Source: Candidatus Borrarchaeum weybense (lineage in GTDB: Archaea > Asgardarchaeota > Sifarchaeia > Borrarchaeales > Borrarchaeaceae). Taken from it: a stretch of DNA of 64,000 nt. The position numbers and the translations under genes were made by a program. Each line of letters starts with the position of its first letter. Position 1 is the stretch's first letter. This document shows, one piece after another, positions 37,845 through 48,304 of the stretch. The stretch is from the NCBI GenBank assembly GCA_019057385.1, contig JAHQJS010000003.1, positions 1 through 64,000 of the forward strand, given 5' to 3'. The notes beneath the pieces were generated by a model. It was given only the letters and a program-made list of their open reading frames with translations. It did no database searches and was not told where the DNA came from.

Positions 37845-39065
37845 ATGACGCCTGTTAGTAAAGGAGAAAGAATATCATTTCCATTACGTAAAATTACTGA
37901 AGGAAGAGTCTCTTTCTATATACCAGATACCGCAGAAAAGGATACAAATTTTGTAAAGACACCTGTTTTTTATAATCCATTAATGGAATTGAATAGGGAC
38001 ATATCACTACTAGCAGTTCAGGTGTTTCAACAAGAAGAAAAACAACGCCAAATTCGGTTCTGTGAACCATTAACAGGTTGTGGAGTCCGAGGTATTCGAA
38101 TTGCATTAGAAATTCCTGATGTTCAACAAATACATCTTAATGATAAAAACAAGTCTGCATACGAACTGACAAGAGAGAATATAAGAGAAAATGAATTGCA
38201 AGATAAAGTTACTGTATCAAACGAAGATGCGAACCTCTTTCTTGATAAGCAAACTTCAAGCGGAAATCGATTTGACGTTATTGATATCGACCCCTTCGGA
38301 TCTCCTGTAACGTTCATTGATTCTTCCGTCCGTGCACTTAGAAAAAAAAATAGTTTATTGTGTGCTACAGCAACTGATATGGCTCCTCTTTGTGGTGTCT
38401 ATCCAAACGTTAGCCTTAGAAAATACGGAGGATACTCCTTAAAGACAAAATATTGCCATGAAATCGCTGTTAGACTATTAGCAGGATGTATTGTAAGGAC
38501 CGCCGCTCGATTTAGCATGGGCACCAAAGTGAGATTCGTCCATAGTACAGATCACTATATTCGAGTTTATGTGGAGACAGATCATGGTGATACAAAAGCA
38601 AATATCTCTTTGCAGGAATTGGGTTATGTGTTACATTGTTTTTCATGTAGTTATAGAGAGCTTGTTAGAGGAATGTCTACTCATCTCGTTCAGTTTTGTC
38701 CTAATTGCAATTCAGTTTTATCAATTGGTGGGCCTTTATTCGCGGGGGAATTATTCGATAAATCGTTTTGTGAAAGAATAAAAAGTGAAGCTGAGAAAAG
38801 AAAGTTTGATGATGCAAAAAAACGTGTTACACGCCTTTTAGATAGGGTTATTGAAGAAGCAGACGGTCCTCCTCTATATTATGATGTTCATTCATTATGC
38901 GACGAATTATCCATTCGAGTTCCAAAAATAGAGCACGTAATGAGCGATTTAGAGAAAAATGGTTTTAAAGTAACAAGAACGCATTTCAAGCCTACTGCGC
39001 TTCGTACTGATGCAGGTGTAGAAGATGTTAAAGGTGTATTAATGAAATGTGTGAAAATCGAATGA
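37845..39065 (+). CDS. trm1: tRNA (guanine26-N2)-dimethyltransferase
   Basis: VFYNP.M.LNRD, G.RGIR, DIDPFGSP, TATD, THF. Confidence 0.95.
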   Translation: MTPVSKGERISFPLRKITEGRVSFYIPDTAEKDTNFVKTPVFYNPLMELNRDISLLAVQVFQQEEKQRQIRFCEPLTGCGVRGIRIALEIPDVQQIHLNDKNKSAYELTRENIRENELQDKVTVSNEDANLFLDKQTSSGNRFDVIDIDPFGSPVTFIDSSVRALRKKNSLLCATATDMAPLCGVYPNVSLRKYGGYSLKTKYCHEIAVRLLAGCIVRTAARFSMGTKVRFVHSTDHYIRVYVETDHGDTKANISLQELGYVLHCFSCSYRELVRGMSTHLVQFCPNCNSVLSIGGPLFAGELFDKSFCERIKSEAEKRKFDDAKKRVTRLLDRVIEEADGPPLYYDVHSLCDELSIRVPKIEHVMSDLEKNGFKVTRTHFKPTALRTDAGVEDVKGVLMKCVKIE

Positions 39066-39071
39066 GGCCTG

Positions 39072-39995
39072 TCAGTGAAGTAACTTAAGAAGTTCTTCAC
39101 TAATTTCTTTAGCTTTTGAAATATCCTTTGCAAGATCAATAGTATTTCTTAAAGTAAGTGAATCAAAAGTGATTTCCTTAATATCTTCTCGGTTGTCTTG
39201 TACAAGATCTTTTAGAGGGCTTAGTTTTTGATGTGATAGAAAGAAAATCGGAAATAATTTTTGCCCGACTTCAAACCCATTTTGTGTGGCTAATTCTATA
39301 AACCTTTTATCAGCTTCTTTTTGATCCATTTTTTCTTTATTCCAAACAAGACGTGCTATTATAGAGACACGATCACCCGTAGTTTGAAGCCTTGGTTGAA
39401 GCAGTGCCATCTCTGATGATTTGGCGCTTTCTACAAGTTTTCCCCATCTCTCAACATGATAAGGGATGTAAATCACCCAATCTCCTGTAAATTTCAGTTC
39501 TACTTCAATTTGGGGAGTTTGAAAAATTGCGACTCCGCGTGAAAGATTAATTCGCGTTAATCGAAAATTATCTTCTGTTAAAATATTCGCATGTTTTTCA
39601 CATCGAAGGGGAAAATCATGACCCGATGGGATTTTAAAAAAGAAGTGTAGCATAACTGATTGAAACCCCCAGATCACTCTAGAAATTTGAGATGCAGGAG
39701 TCTCTTGAATTTCCAACATTTGTCGTGCATTACAACGTGGGAATGTATGCTGACAATAACGGATATAATTAATACGAAGATCTAGTTTTTGATTTATTTG
39801 TTCTAATTTACTTCGAATTCGTTCGTGGTCCTCAAAAAAAAGATTTCTACACAAACCAACTAGCAAAGAAAGGTCTACAAGATCACTAGATTTGCGTTCA
39901 TAAATAATTATATCGTCTAAGGCTCGCTGATAGAAATCAGAGTATACCTTTGCCTTGACATTCTCAAGAATATTTGGGGTCATAGTAACGACCAA
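39072..39995 (-). CDS. Hypothetical protein
   Basis: 307-aa ORF overlapping the rlmE end; no motif recognised. Confidence 0.65.
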   Translation of the reverse strand: MVVTMTPNILENVKAKVYSDFYQRALDDIIIYERKSSDLVDLSLLVGLCRNLFFEDHERIRSKLEQINQKLDLRINYIRYCQHTFPRCNARQMLEIQETPASQISRVIWGFQSVMLHFFFKIPSGHDFPLRCEKHANILTEDNFRLTRINLSRGVAIFQTPQIEVELKFTGDWVIYIPYHVERWGKLVESAKSSEMALLQPRLQTTGDRVSIIARLVWNKEKMDQKEADKRFIELATQNGFEVGQKLFPIFFLSHQKLSPLKDLVQDNREDIKEITFDSLTLRNTIDLAKDISKAKEISEELLKLLH

Positions 39996-40569
39996 CTACA
40001 TATATTTCAGAACTTCTTTTTCTCGAAGCATCAGGCTTGCTTATCAAGACTTTCTCAAAGATTTTTTTCATTTTATCAATGAACTCTTTAAAAAACTCTC
40101 CTTGAAAAACCTTAACGATGAAGTTACCTCCCCTAATGAGAAAATGGTTACACAGCCCTAATGATATCTCAGCTAGATATATTTGGCGGGCATGATCGAT
40201 CTCCCAGTTTCCGCTTACATTAGGGCTACAATCAGAGGTTATTACATTAAAGCTAGTGTTATATTCTTTAATTTCAGTTATAGTATTTTCGTCCGTGATA
40301 TCACCTAAAATTAACTTCACCTGGGGAATCGGAGTTATAGGCTGTAAATCAACCCCTACAACTATTCCCTCACCCACAAGGTCTTTAATCGCTTTTAGCC
40401 AACCACCTGGAGCGGACCCTAAATCTAAAACACTGTCGCCTTGCTTTATTAACTGGAATTTGTTATTTAACTGAATGATTTTAAAAGCAGCTCTTGAGCG
40501 GAGATTCTCTTTTTTAGCTTTTTTGTAATAAAAATCCTTTTTTCTTTCGTTTAACCACCGTTTACCCAT
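39964..40569 (-). CDS. rlmE: 23S rRNA 2'-O-methyltransferase RlmE/FtsJ
   Basis: RSRAAFK, LDLGSAPGGW, SD.SPN.SG, KVFQG, ASR..SSE.Y. Confidence 0.93.
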   Translation of the reverse strand: MGKRWLNERKKDFYYKKAKKENLRSRAAFKIIQLNNKFQLIKQGDSVLDLGSAPGGWLKAIKDLVGEGIVVGVDLQPITPIPQVKLILGDITDENTITEIKEYNTSFNVITSDCSPNVSGNWEIDHARQIYLAEISLGLCNHFLIRGGNFIVKVFQGEFFKEFIDKMKKIFEKVLISKPDASRKRSSEIYVVGRYYDPKYS

Positions 40570-40647
40570 CTATAAATGCTCCTCAATTAATTCATAGTTT
40601 AATGATAAAAAATACCTCTGTTTATATCCCCTTCCCTTATTGAACAT

Positions 40648-41055
40648 CTATGACGATGCATTATTCAAAGAAGTTTTCGCGAGTTTTAGAAGCCAGTGAT
40701 CCAAACGGACACAAAAAACGGGCGATATTGATTGTAGATCTCCACATCTCGCCAAATCACCGCAAGTGAAACAGGGACATCCCCCAAGAGTATTTTCAGA
40801 TCCAATTTTCGAGGTACTTGAGGTTTTTGCAATAAGTCTGAAGCTCCATCTTCCATCCACAAGTTCCTTTTTTCTGTTAATTAGGCCTTTTTTTTCTAAG
40901 CGTACAGCTAGTCTTGAACCTTCTCGGCTTGTAGTTTCCAGCTTTTTCCAAAGATCAGACTGCAAAATACCTTGCACTCCTGTATTAAGAATGATCTTCA
41001 TTGCATTATCTTCTAAAGTTGTCACTCTTGTCTTTCTCCTAAACTCCAGTATCAT
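40648..41055 (-). CDS. TFE beta / RPC34-like winged-helix Fe-S protein
   Basis: GILQSDLWK.L...SREGSR...LEKKGLI.R and C-terminal CPCFTC.....C......SP..C..L..W. Confidence 0.8.
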   Translation of the reverse strand: MILEFRRKTRVTTLEDNAMKIILNTGVQGILQSDLWKKLETTSREGSRLAVRLEKKGLINRKKELVDGRWSFRLIAKTSSTSKIGSENTLGGCPCFTCGDLARCGDLQSISPVFCVRLDHWLLKLAKTSLNNASS

Positions 41056-41283
41056 TGATTTATTGTATCATTTCATTTCTTGTATTGGTTCAACTGCATA
41101 TATAATGGAGATCTAATTATTCTCAAATATTCTTAAACTCAATTCTATGTAGTATGTAAGTTCTAACATTTAAAGTATTGTTAATTAGGTAATGCGCGGC
41201 ATTTTTTATTCTAAAAAATAAAGGGTTTCATGTGTTTGCCTTGCAGTGATCTGATTTTAATTGATCTTCTAAAAGAAAGTTCT

Positions 41284-41973
41284 TTATAAATCTAGCATAT
41301 TGTTGGCTTCTTCTTTGCTTTTATCCTGGCTTCCCTTCTTCTCTAACAACCTCTTGATATGTCTCATCCTAACAAAAGATTCCCTTTCACGTTCTTCTAG
41401 GTACTGTTCAATGAAATTGATTGTTGTTGCAAGACGCGGGATAATTACATAATTCAAGGCATTAACCCGACGTTTAGTGCTGATAATCTCATCGGCTAAC
41501 CGTTCCATTGTTGCGATGACTTGGGCGTAGTTGCAGATCTTTTCAAGTATCTTCTGGAAAAGGGTCACTGATTCGTCTAGCGTTGTCGGTGTGTCTATAA
41601 ATCCGTAAAAGGGTGTTGTTTCATTACCTTCACGTTTTTTCTCAAGATGTAAAACAGGGACCCGGACTCCCATTAGATTTCTTGTTTCGGCTTCTATTTT
41701 GAACAAAGATGGTGCTATTGCAGAGATTTCTTTGAGCCTCATCGCCCCTAAAACCATTTTGGTTTCTTTTAACGAGGTAAATGCTCTTGAAACCATTTCA
41801 GAGAGTTCTGTTCGTACTGTTTTAACGTCTTCTAGAATCGCAAAGAACTCCATAATAAGGGCATCCATTTTTTCACTCAAAAGTCCGTGACCTTTCACGG
41901 CAAGTGACTGTCTGTCTTTTAAAGACAATAATTCCATTCTTGTGGGTCGGACGCCCGCCATAAGTTCACTCAT
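41284..41973 (-). CDS. atpD: A/V-type ATP synthase subunit D
   Basis: PTRMEL, GH.LL..K.DAL, TKRRVNAL..VIIP, LEE.ERE.F.R. Confidence 0.93.
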   Translation of the reverse strand: MSELMAGVRPTRMELLSLKDRQSLAVKGHGLLSEKMDALIMEFFAILEDVKTVRTELSEMVSRAFTSLKETKMVLGAMRLKEISAIAPSLFKIEAETRNLMGVRVPVLHLEKKREGNETTPFYGFIDTPTTLDESVTLFQKILEKICNYAQVIATMERLADEIISTKRRVNALNYVIIPRLATTINFIEQYLEERERESFVRMRHIKRLLEKKGSQDKSKEEANNMLDL

Positions 41974-42033
41974 TTACTTTTCCTCCGTGATCCTCATATA
42001 AAGGAAAGAATATTAGTAAAGAATATCTTATTC

Positions 42034-43428
42034 TTACTGCGCGCGATATGAAGGATGCCATTTTTTAATTGTATCAGGGTCGATCCTTTTGAGTTCTTTT
42101 TCGGGTAATTTTGTAAGAAGTTCCCAGCCAATATCCAATGTCTCATCGATTGAGCGATCCTCATCCATCCGTTGGCTTGTGAATTCTCGTTCGAAGCGCT
42201 CACTGAACTCTAAGTATCTTTTATCTCTCTCTGTAAGCGCCTCTTCTCCTACTACTGCTACAAGTTCTCGCAGATCTCTTCCTTCAGAGTAACCATAGTA
42301 CAACTGGTCGGCAACTTCTCTGTGGTCTTCACGTGTTAGTCCTTTTCCAATACCTTCTTTCATCAAGCGTGATAGTGAAGGTAAGACGTCGATTGGTGGA
42401 TAGATCCCGCGTCGATGCAATCCCCTATCGATGTAAATTTGTCCTTCGGTTATATAACCGCTTAGGTCGGGTATGGGGTGTGTTATATCATCCGAAGGCA
42501 TTGTAAGGATCGGCATCTGTGTGATTGTACCCTTTCTTCCTGTAATTCTTCCTGCCCTCTCATAAATGCTTGCAAGGTCGGTGTAAAGGTAACCTGGATA
42601 ACCCCTTCTAGCCGGTACTTCTTCTCGGGCAGCAGAAATTTCCCGTAGGGATTCGCAATAGTTCGTCATATCTGTAAGAATAACCAAAACCTGATAATCT
42701 TGTTCATACGCGAGATACTCTGCACAAGTTAGTGCTACGCGTGGTGTAATTATACGCTCGACAGCAGGATCATCAGCCAGATTCAGAAAGAGAGTAACAC
42801 GTTCTAGCGCACCTGTCTCCTCAAAGTCTCTACGGAAGTAAGCTGCCTCTTCATAAGTAATACCCATGGCAGCGAAAACGATAGCAAACTCTTCCGCCTC
42901 TCCTAAAACCTTAGCTTGCCGTGCAATTTGAGCGGCGATATAATTGTGTGGAAGCCCTGCACCTGAGAAAAGTGGCAGTTTTTGTCCACGAACGAGTGTA
43001 TTTAATCCGTCTATTGTAGAAATGCCTGTTTGGATAAACTCTCTTGGATAAGTTCGCGCTTCTGGGTTAATTGGAGCGCCTGTAATGTCGAAATGGTCAT
43101 CAGGAATAATCTTCGGACCACGATCTATCGGTTCTCCACTTCCATCAAAAACACGTCCTAATATATCGGCAGAGACAGGAAGTTTGAGTGTTTCACCAAG
43201 AAATCTTACTGACGTTGCCGATGTGTCCAAGCCAGATGTACCTTCAAAAACCTGAACTACGGCAAGGCTCTCTGTTACTTCAAGTACTTGTCCTCTTCTT
43301 CTTTCACCAGAAGGTGTTTCTACTTCAACAATTTCTGCATATCCTACACCTGACACGCCTTCAACAAAAAGAAGTGGACCTGTAACTTCGCTAGAAGTTC
43401 TATATTCCTTCATAGTATCATAAGTCAT
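42034..43428 (-). CDS. atpB: A/V-type ATP synthase subunit B
   Basis: [42 protein letters not shown]; start refined to ATG 43428. Confidence 0.96.
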   Translation of the reverse strand: MTYDTMKEYRTSSEVTGPLLFVEGVSGVGYAEIVEVETPSGERRRGQVLEVTESLAVVQVFEGTSGLDTSATSVRFLGETLKLPVSADILGRVFDGSGEPIDRGPKIIPDDHFDITGAPINPEARTYPREFIQTGISTIDGLNTLVRGQKLPLFSGAGLPHNYIAAQIARQAKVLGEAEEFAIVFAAMGITYEEAAYFRRDFEETGALERVTLFLNLADDPAVERIITPRVALTCAEYLAYEQDYQVLVILTDMTNYCESLREISAAREEVPARRGYPGYLYTDLASIYERAGRITGRKGTITQMPILTMPSDDITHPIPDLSGYITEGQIYIDRGLHRRGIYPPIDVLPSLSRLMKEGIGKGLTREDHREVADQLYYGYSEGRDLRELVAVVGEEALTERDKRYLEFSERFEREFTSQRMDEDRSIDETLDIGWELLTKLPEKELKRIDPDTIKKWHPSYRAQ

Positions 43429-43545
43429 AATAATTACCTCATTGATGAAATTTAATTCATGGACTTTTGTCAAGTGTATTTTTCTTTTAAAATTTTGCTA
43501 ATTATTAATAATATTCCTCACATCTATTTCAGAAGGTTGAATTGA

Positions 43546-44028
43546 ATGGACCTAGAATCGTGGGAAAAACTTAGGAAAATCCAAGGGATTGCCAACTACC
43601 AATTTGGGGAAAATATCGGAGACCTGTTATTCCCTTCAGAGGTAGTTATAGCACTTTCACCAAGTACAAAGCGGATTCGTCATGTTTACTTGAATGATGA
43701 ACTGCTTGCAACATTACGCCCTAAAGATGGACTTTTTGCTTTGACCATAACCGGAGCGCAACAAATTCTTGAAAAAACAAGAGGAGATATCCGCTTTAAG
43801 GTTCAAGTCAATGATGAATCTGTTCCGTTTGTTAGAAAAGGCAGAAATGTATTTGCAAAACATGTAATCTATACAAGTCCTGATGTTCGTCCTAAGTCTG
43901 AAGTGATTGTAGTAGATAGTCTTAATAACCTTCTTGCTGTTGGAAAAAGTGTATTATCTGGAAATGAAATGCTCGCCTTTCAAAAAGGGATAGCAGTAAA
44001 AGTAAGGCGAGGTATTGGTGAAAAATGA
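43546..44028 (+). CDS. PUA domain protein (TGT C-terminal-like)
   Basis: IANYQFG, LATLRPKDG, GRNVFAKHV, AVKVRRG. Confidence 0.88.
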   Translation: MDLESWEKLRKIQGIANYQFGENIGDLLFPSEVVIALSPSTKRIRHVYLNDELLATLRPKDGLFALTITGAQQILEKTRGDIRFKVQVNDESVPFVRKGRNVFAKHVIYTSPDVRPKSEVIVVDSLNNLLAVGKSVLSGNEMLAFQKGIAVKVRRGIGEK

Positions 44029-44207
44029 TATAATATTTACTTATATTAATGCCTAATGATAACTTACACATCTCATGATTAAATTATAATAAGGGTATAG
44101 GATACCGTCGGTTGTCGTCTCCTGAAACCAGAACTTTGTCTTATCACCATTTTTTTATATAGTTCAACCTACATATAACTCAAAAATTTTCTAAGGAGAA
44201 CGAAAAA

Positions 44208-44582
44208 ATGGTCAAAAAAGGGAAGAAGATTTCTCCAAGACAAATGAAGCGTATGATGAAACAAATGGGTCTAAAAGAAATAGAAGATGTACAAGAAGTC
44301 ATCATCCGGACTTTGGAGAAAGAACTAGTAATAAAAGAACCTCAAGTCACTGTTATGACACAAGCGGGACAAAAACTCTGGCAAGTAGTAGGGCAGAGTG
44401 CAGAAGAAAGACCACTTTCTGGTGAAGTAGAAGACGAAGCTGTAGCAGTGATTCCAGAAGAGGATGTTCATTTAGTAGCCCAGCAATCAGGAGTTGATGT
44501 CGAAACAGCACGTGCTGCGCTTGTAGATGCTGGTGGTGATTTAGCGAAAGCCATACTTGCTTTGAAAACTCAATCATTATGA
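44208..44582 (+). CDS. nac: Nascent polypeptide-associated complex protein
   Basis: MKRMMKQMG, NAC domain plus C-terminal UBA-like EEDV.LVAQQ.GV...A..AL....GDLA.AI. Confidence 0.92.
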   Translation: MVKKGKKISPRQMKRMMKQMGLKEIEDVQEVIIRTLEKELVIKEPQVTVMTQAGQKLWQVVGQSAEERPLSGEVEDEAVAVIPEEDVHLVAQQSGVDVETARAALVDAGGDLAKAILALKTQSL

Positions 44583-44591
44583 TAACACGAG

Positions 44592-45455
44592 GTGCGTAAA
44601 AATCATATGGTAAGTGTTAACTCGCTTCATCAAAAGTGCCGAGACACTATCCCTGAAGAACTCCTCCCATATCTACCTCGCAGATGGTTTATTTTAGGAC
44701 ATGTGCTTCTTTTTCAACTTCATCCCAAGTTAGATCCATGGAAAGAAATGATTGGTAAATTTTTATTAGATGTAGATCATAGACCTGTAAGAACCGCGAT
44801 CATGCAGATTGGAACCATATCTGGCGATTTCCGAATACCTCAATACAAATTTGTTTATGGAGATCCGCACACTGAAACCATACACAAAGAAGTGGGCTGT
44901 ATTTTCAAACTTGATCCAACAAAAATAATGTTTTCTCCTGGAAACACTGAAGAACGCCAACGATTGCCGGGATTTGTCCAAGAGAATGATGTGGTCGTAG
45001 ATTTTTTTGCTTGTGTTGGACAATGGTCGATTCCTATAGGGAAACATAGCAAACCAAAAAAAGTCTATTCAATCGAACTCAACGAACTTGCTTTTTCATA
45101 TTTGTGTGAAAATATTCAACTTAACAAACTTGAGGATCAAATTATTCCTCTATTAGGAGACTGCAATGAAATAGCACCTGAAAAATGTGCTGATCATGTG
45201 ATTCTAGGCTACTTGTTTAATACAGATAAATACCTGCAAAAAGGCATCAATGCATTAAGATCAAAAAAGGGTGGATGGATACACTATCATGAGACTCTAC
45301 CTCACCATGAGTTCCCCTATTTGTCTATTAAAAAAATAAAAACAGCGAGTGAAGCACTTGGATTCGAAATAAAGGAAAAAAAAGTAAGACTCATAAAAGA
45401 TTATGCCCCGGGCATCGTTCATGGAAGAGTTTCAGCTTATCTAAAGCCTTTATAG
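44592..45455 (+). CDS. taw2: tRNA(Phe) aminocarboxypropyltransferase Taw2 / Trm5-family methyltransferase
   Basis: TETIHKE.G..F.LD..KIMFSPGN.EER, VD.FACVG, GWIHYH. Confidence 0.75.
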   Translation: MRKNHMVSVNSLHQKCRDTIPEELLPYLPRRWFILGHVLLFQLHPKLDPWKEMIGKFLLDVDHRPVRTAIMQIGTISGDFRIPQYKFVYGDPHTETIHKEVGCIFKLDPTKIMFSPGNTEERQRLPGFVQENDVVVDFFACVGQWSIPIGKHSKPKKVYSIELNELAFSYLCENIQLNKLEDQIIPLLGDCNEIAPEKCADHVILGYLFNTDKYLQKGINALRSKKGGWIHYHETLPHHEFPYLSIKKIKTASEALGFEIKEKKVRLIKDYAPGIVHGRVSAYLKPL

Positions 45456-45481
45456 AATGAACTCTATGTAATGTTGTTTAT

Positions 45482-46675
45482 ATGACATTACCTCTAGAAG
45501 GAATCAGAGTCCTTGATTTATCACGACTTCTACCAGGACCATTTGCTACTATGTTATTAGCTGATTTTGGAGCTGAAGTGATAAAAATTGAGGATCCGAT
45601 TCAAGGAGATTATATGCGCTGGTGGCCACCATTTTACACTAAAGATACAAACAAAGAGAGCGCAGCCTTTCTTCATCTGAACCGAAATAAGAAGTCTATC
45701 ATTCTTGATTTAAAGGATCCAGAAGGGCAGGAGATTTTCTATAGATTAGCCGAGAAATCTGACGTGGTTCTTGAGAGTTTTAGACCAGGGGTTGTGAAAA
45801 AACTTCAGATAGATTATGATACAATAAGTAGAGTTAACTCCCAGATTATATACTGCTCATTGTCAGGATATGGTCAGACCGGACCATACAGAGACCTACC
45901 AGGCCACGATGTGAATTATCTAGGAGTTGCAGGGGTTGCAAGTTTAACAGGAGAGCCAGATCAACCAAAATTAATTGGTGTGCAAGTGGCAGATATTGGT
46001 GCTGGAAGTTTAAATACGGTCTTAGCAATTTTAATGAGTATAATTGCACGTAACAAAACAGGACGAGGGCAATATATTGACGTTTCAATGCTTGATGGAG
46101 CGATGACTTGGTTAGCGTTTGCGTTTCCTCGTTTTTGGGCATCAAAGGAAATTCCCATGAGAGGTGATGACTTGCTTACGGGCGGGCGTCCGGGATATGG
46201 AATTTATAAGGCTAAAGATAATAAATTTGTGGCAGTTGGAGCATTAGAAAAAAAGTTTTGGAGAAACCTTTGCACCACAATCAAACGAGAAGATTTACTT
46301 GAGCCAGCTGATATGGAAAAAAAAGAAATTAGTGAAATCCTAAAAAAAGTCATATTGACCAAAACCAGAGATGAATGGTTTGAACTATCAAAACAGACCG
46401 ATATTTGCATTTCACCAGTCTATGAATTAGACGAGATAATGGCGGATCCACAAGTTCAAGCACGTGAAATGATTGTAGATTTTAAAGATGAGCGCTTTGG
46501 CAACATTAAGTACATAGGTATGCCATTCAAGCTTTCAGAAACGCCTGGCAATATAAGAACCAGAGCGCCAGGGTATGGGGAACACACTGAAGAGATTTTA
46601 AGATCTCTTAATTATTCAACGCAGGAAATTGAAACACTTCGCAAAAAAGAAGTGATTAGTCCTAAATATAAATAA
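45482..46675 (+). CDS. CaiB/BaiF family III CoA-transferase
   Basis: LEGIRVLDLSRLLPGP, LNRNKKS, FRPGV, GHDVNY, APGYGEHT. Confidence 0.93.
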   Translation: MTLPLEGIRVLDLSRLLPGPFATMLLADFGAEVIKIEDPIQGDYMRWWPPFYTKDTNKESAAFLHLNRNKKSIILDLKDPEGQEIFYRLAEKSDVVLESFRPGVVKKLQIDYDTISRVNSQIIYCSLSGYGQTGPYRDLPGHDVNYLGVAGVASLTGEPDQPKLIGVQVADIGAGSLNTVLAILMSIIARNKTGRGQYIDVSMLDGAMTWLAFAFPRFWASKEIPMRGDDLLTGGRPGYGIYKAKDNKFVAVGALEKKFWRNLCTTIKREDLLEPADMEKKEISEILKKVILTKTRDEWFELSKQTDICISPVYELDEIMADPQVQAREMIVDFKDERFGNIKYIGMPFKLSETPGNIRTRAPGYGEHTEEILRSLNYSTQEIETLRKKEVISPKYK

Positions 46676-46751
46676 CGGAAAGTTTCGATTCAGAAATAAT
46701 CAATGCAACAAAAAATAGGTGCTAAAAAATAGTGCAGAATAACCCTACGAA

Positions 46752-48095
46752 CTAGGCGTAGAACTGCGCTTTTCTTTCATCCGCTCTGCTTTTGCCTAAA
46801 ACTTTCTCAATAGCATTTTCGAAATCTTCTACTGTAGCTAGAATTGACTCATCCTCATCTTCAGGATTTGCAATTATTCGACGAATTGCAAACATTCCTG
46901 CTTCTGTGCAAATATTTTTTATGTCTGCTCCAGATGCACCCTCACTTGAATTCATCAACCGAGTAAAATCAATTTCAGAATCTAATTTCATATTACTGGA
47001 ATGAATTTTGTAAATTGACGCCATAGCTTCCCTATCTGGCAAAGGAACCTCAATAATCCGATCAAAGCGACCAGGTCGAAGAAGCGCTGGATCTAGTATA
47101 TCTGGACGATTGGTTGCAGCGACAAGTTTAACATCCCCACGAGGATCAAATCCATCCATAGCACTTAGTAATTGCATAAGTGTCCTTTGTACTTCTCTAT
47201 CACCGCTTGTAGCGATTTCCAGTCTCTTTCCACCAATAGCGTCAAGTTCATCAATGAAAACAATACTTGGTGATTTTTCTCGTGCGAAAGTGAATATTTC
47301 ACGCACTAATCGCGCTCCTTCTCCAATATACTTCTGAACTAATTCAGATCCAATAACGCGAATAAATTTCGCTGAAGTCTCGTGGGCAACAGCACGAGCA
47401 AGTAGTGTCTTACCAGTTCCTGGTGGTCCGTAAAGGAGAAGTCCTTTCGGTGGCTCAATGCCCACTTGTTCAAAAAGTTCTGGTCTTAACATGGGTAACT
47501 CAACAATTTCACGTATTTCTTTAATTTGGTCAGAAAGTCCTCCTATATCTTGATAAGTAACCTGTGGTGATTCTTCTACTTCCATTCCACGAACCATAGG
47601 ATCCATGACAGGAGGCAAAATTTCAACTATTGACATCGAACGTTGGTTAAGAGCAACACGTGCTGAATTTGTAACCGTAGAAGGGTCAAGAGAGGGTGAA
47701 ACTTGAACCACGAAGTGAGGACCCGTAGTACTCTTCACAATAACGCGCTTATCTTGTAAGACATCAATAATGCTACCAGCTAAAAGTGGAGGTGCGCGTA
47801 ATTGCTCAAGCTCAGTGTGCAATGTTTGAAGTTCGCGTTCTAGTTTTGTCTTATCAGTTTTGAGTATTTGTTTTTCGGTCTCAAGCGTTCTAATTCTTTG
47901 CTCAAAGTGTTTCATCATTCCCGTTTTTCTATCCATTTTCGAGACTAGTTCCTCAAGTTCGCGCTCTAGTTTGATTTTATCAGCCTTAAGTATCTCTCTT
48001 TCGGTCTCTATCATACGAATTCTATTTTCAAGTGTTCTTATCACATCACTTGCAAATTCTTCTCTGTCGTTTGATGATCCTGTACCTTCGTTCAT
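46752..48095 (-). CDS. pan: Proteasome-activating nucleotidase
   Basis: Coiled coil + OB + AAA (GPPGTGKT, KYIGEGAR, DELDAIG, DPALLRPGRFDR); C-terminal HbYX FYA. Confidence 0.96.
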   Translation of the reverse strand: MNEGTGSSNDREEFASDVIRTLENRIRMIETEREILKADKIKLERELEELVSKMDRKTGMMKHFEQRIRTLETEKQILKTDKTKLERELQTLHTELEQLRAPPLLAGSIIDVLQDKRVIVKSTTGPHFVVQVSPSLDPSTVTNSARVALNQRSMSIVEILPPVMDPMVRGMEVEESPQVTYQDIGGLSDQIKEIREIVELPMLRPELFEQVGIEPPKGLLLYGPPGTGKTLLARAVAHETSAKFIRVIGSELVQKYIGEGARLVREIFTFAREKSPSIVFIDELDAIGGKRLEIATSGDREVQRTLMQLLSAMDGFDPRGDVKLVAATNRPDILDPALLRPGRFDRIIEVPLPDREAMASIYKIHSSNMKLDSEIDFTRLMNSSEGASGADIKNICTEAGMFAIRRIIANPEDEDESILATVEDFENAIEKVLGKSRADERKAQFYA

Positions 48096-48304
48096 TAAGT
48101 TCCCTCAGTTCACTCATTAGTCTTATTGAACGTAGTAACGAATAAATGTGTTTTTATATTTCTATGCATTAAAGCACTTTTCTCAAAGACAAAGATTTCT
48201 TTTCTTCAGAAAGATATATTCGACGATACAATGCGAGGTCCTCCTGAAAGCTTGGGGTTTATTAATGAACCGTAATACAAGGTATAAAGGAGAAGTCGAT
48301 CATC

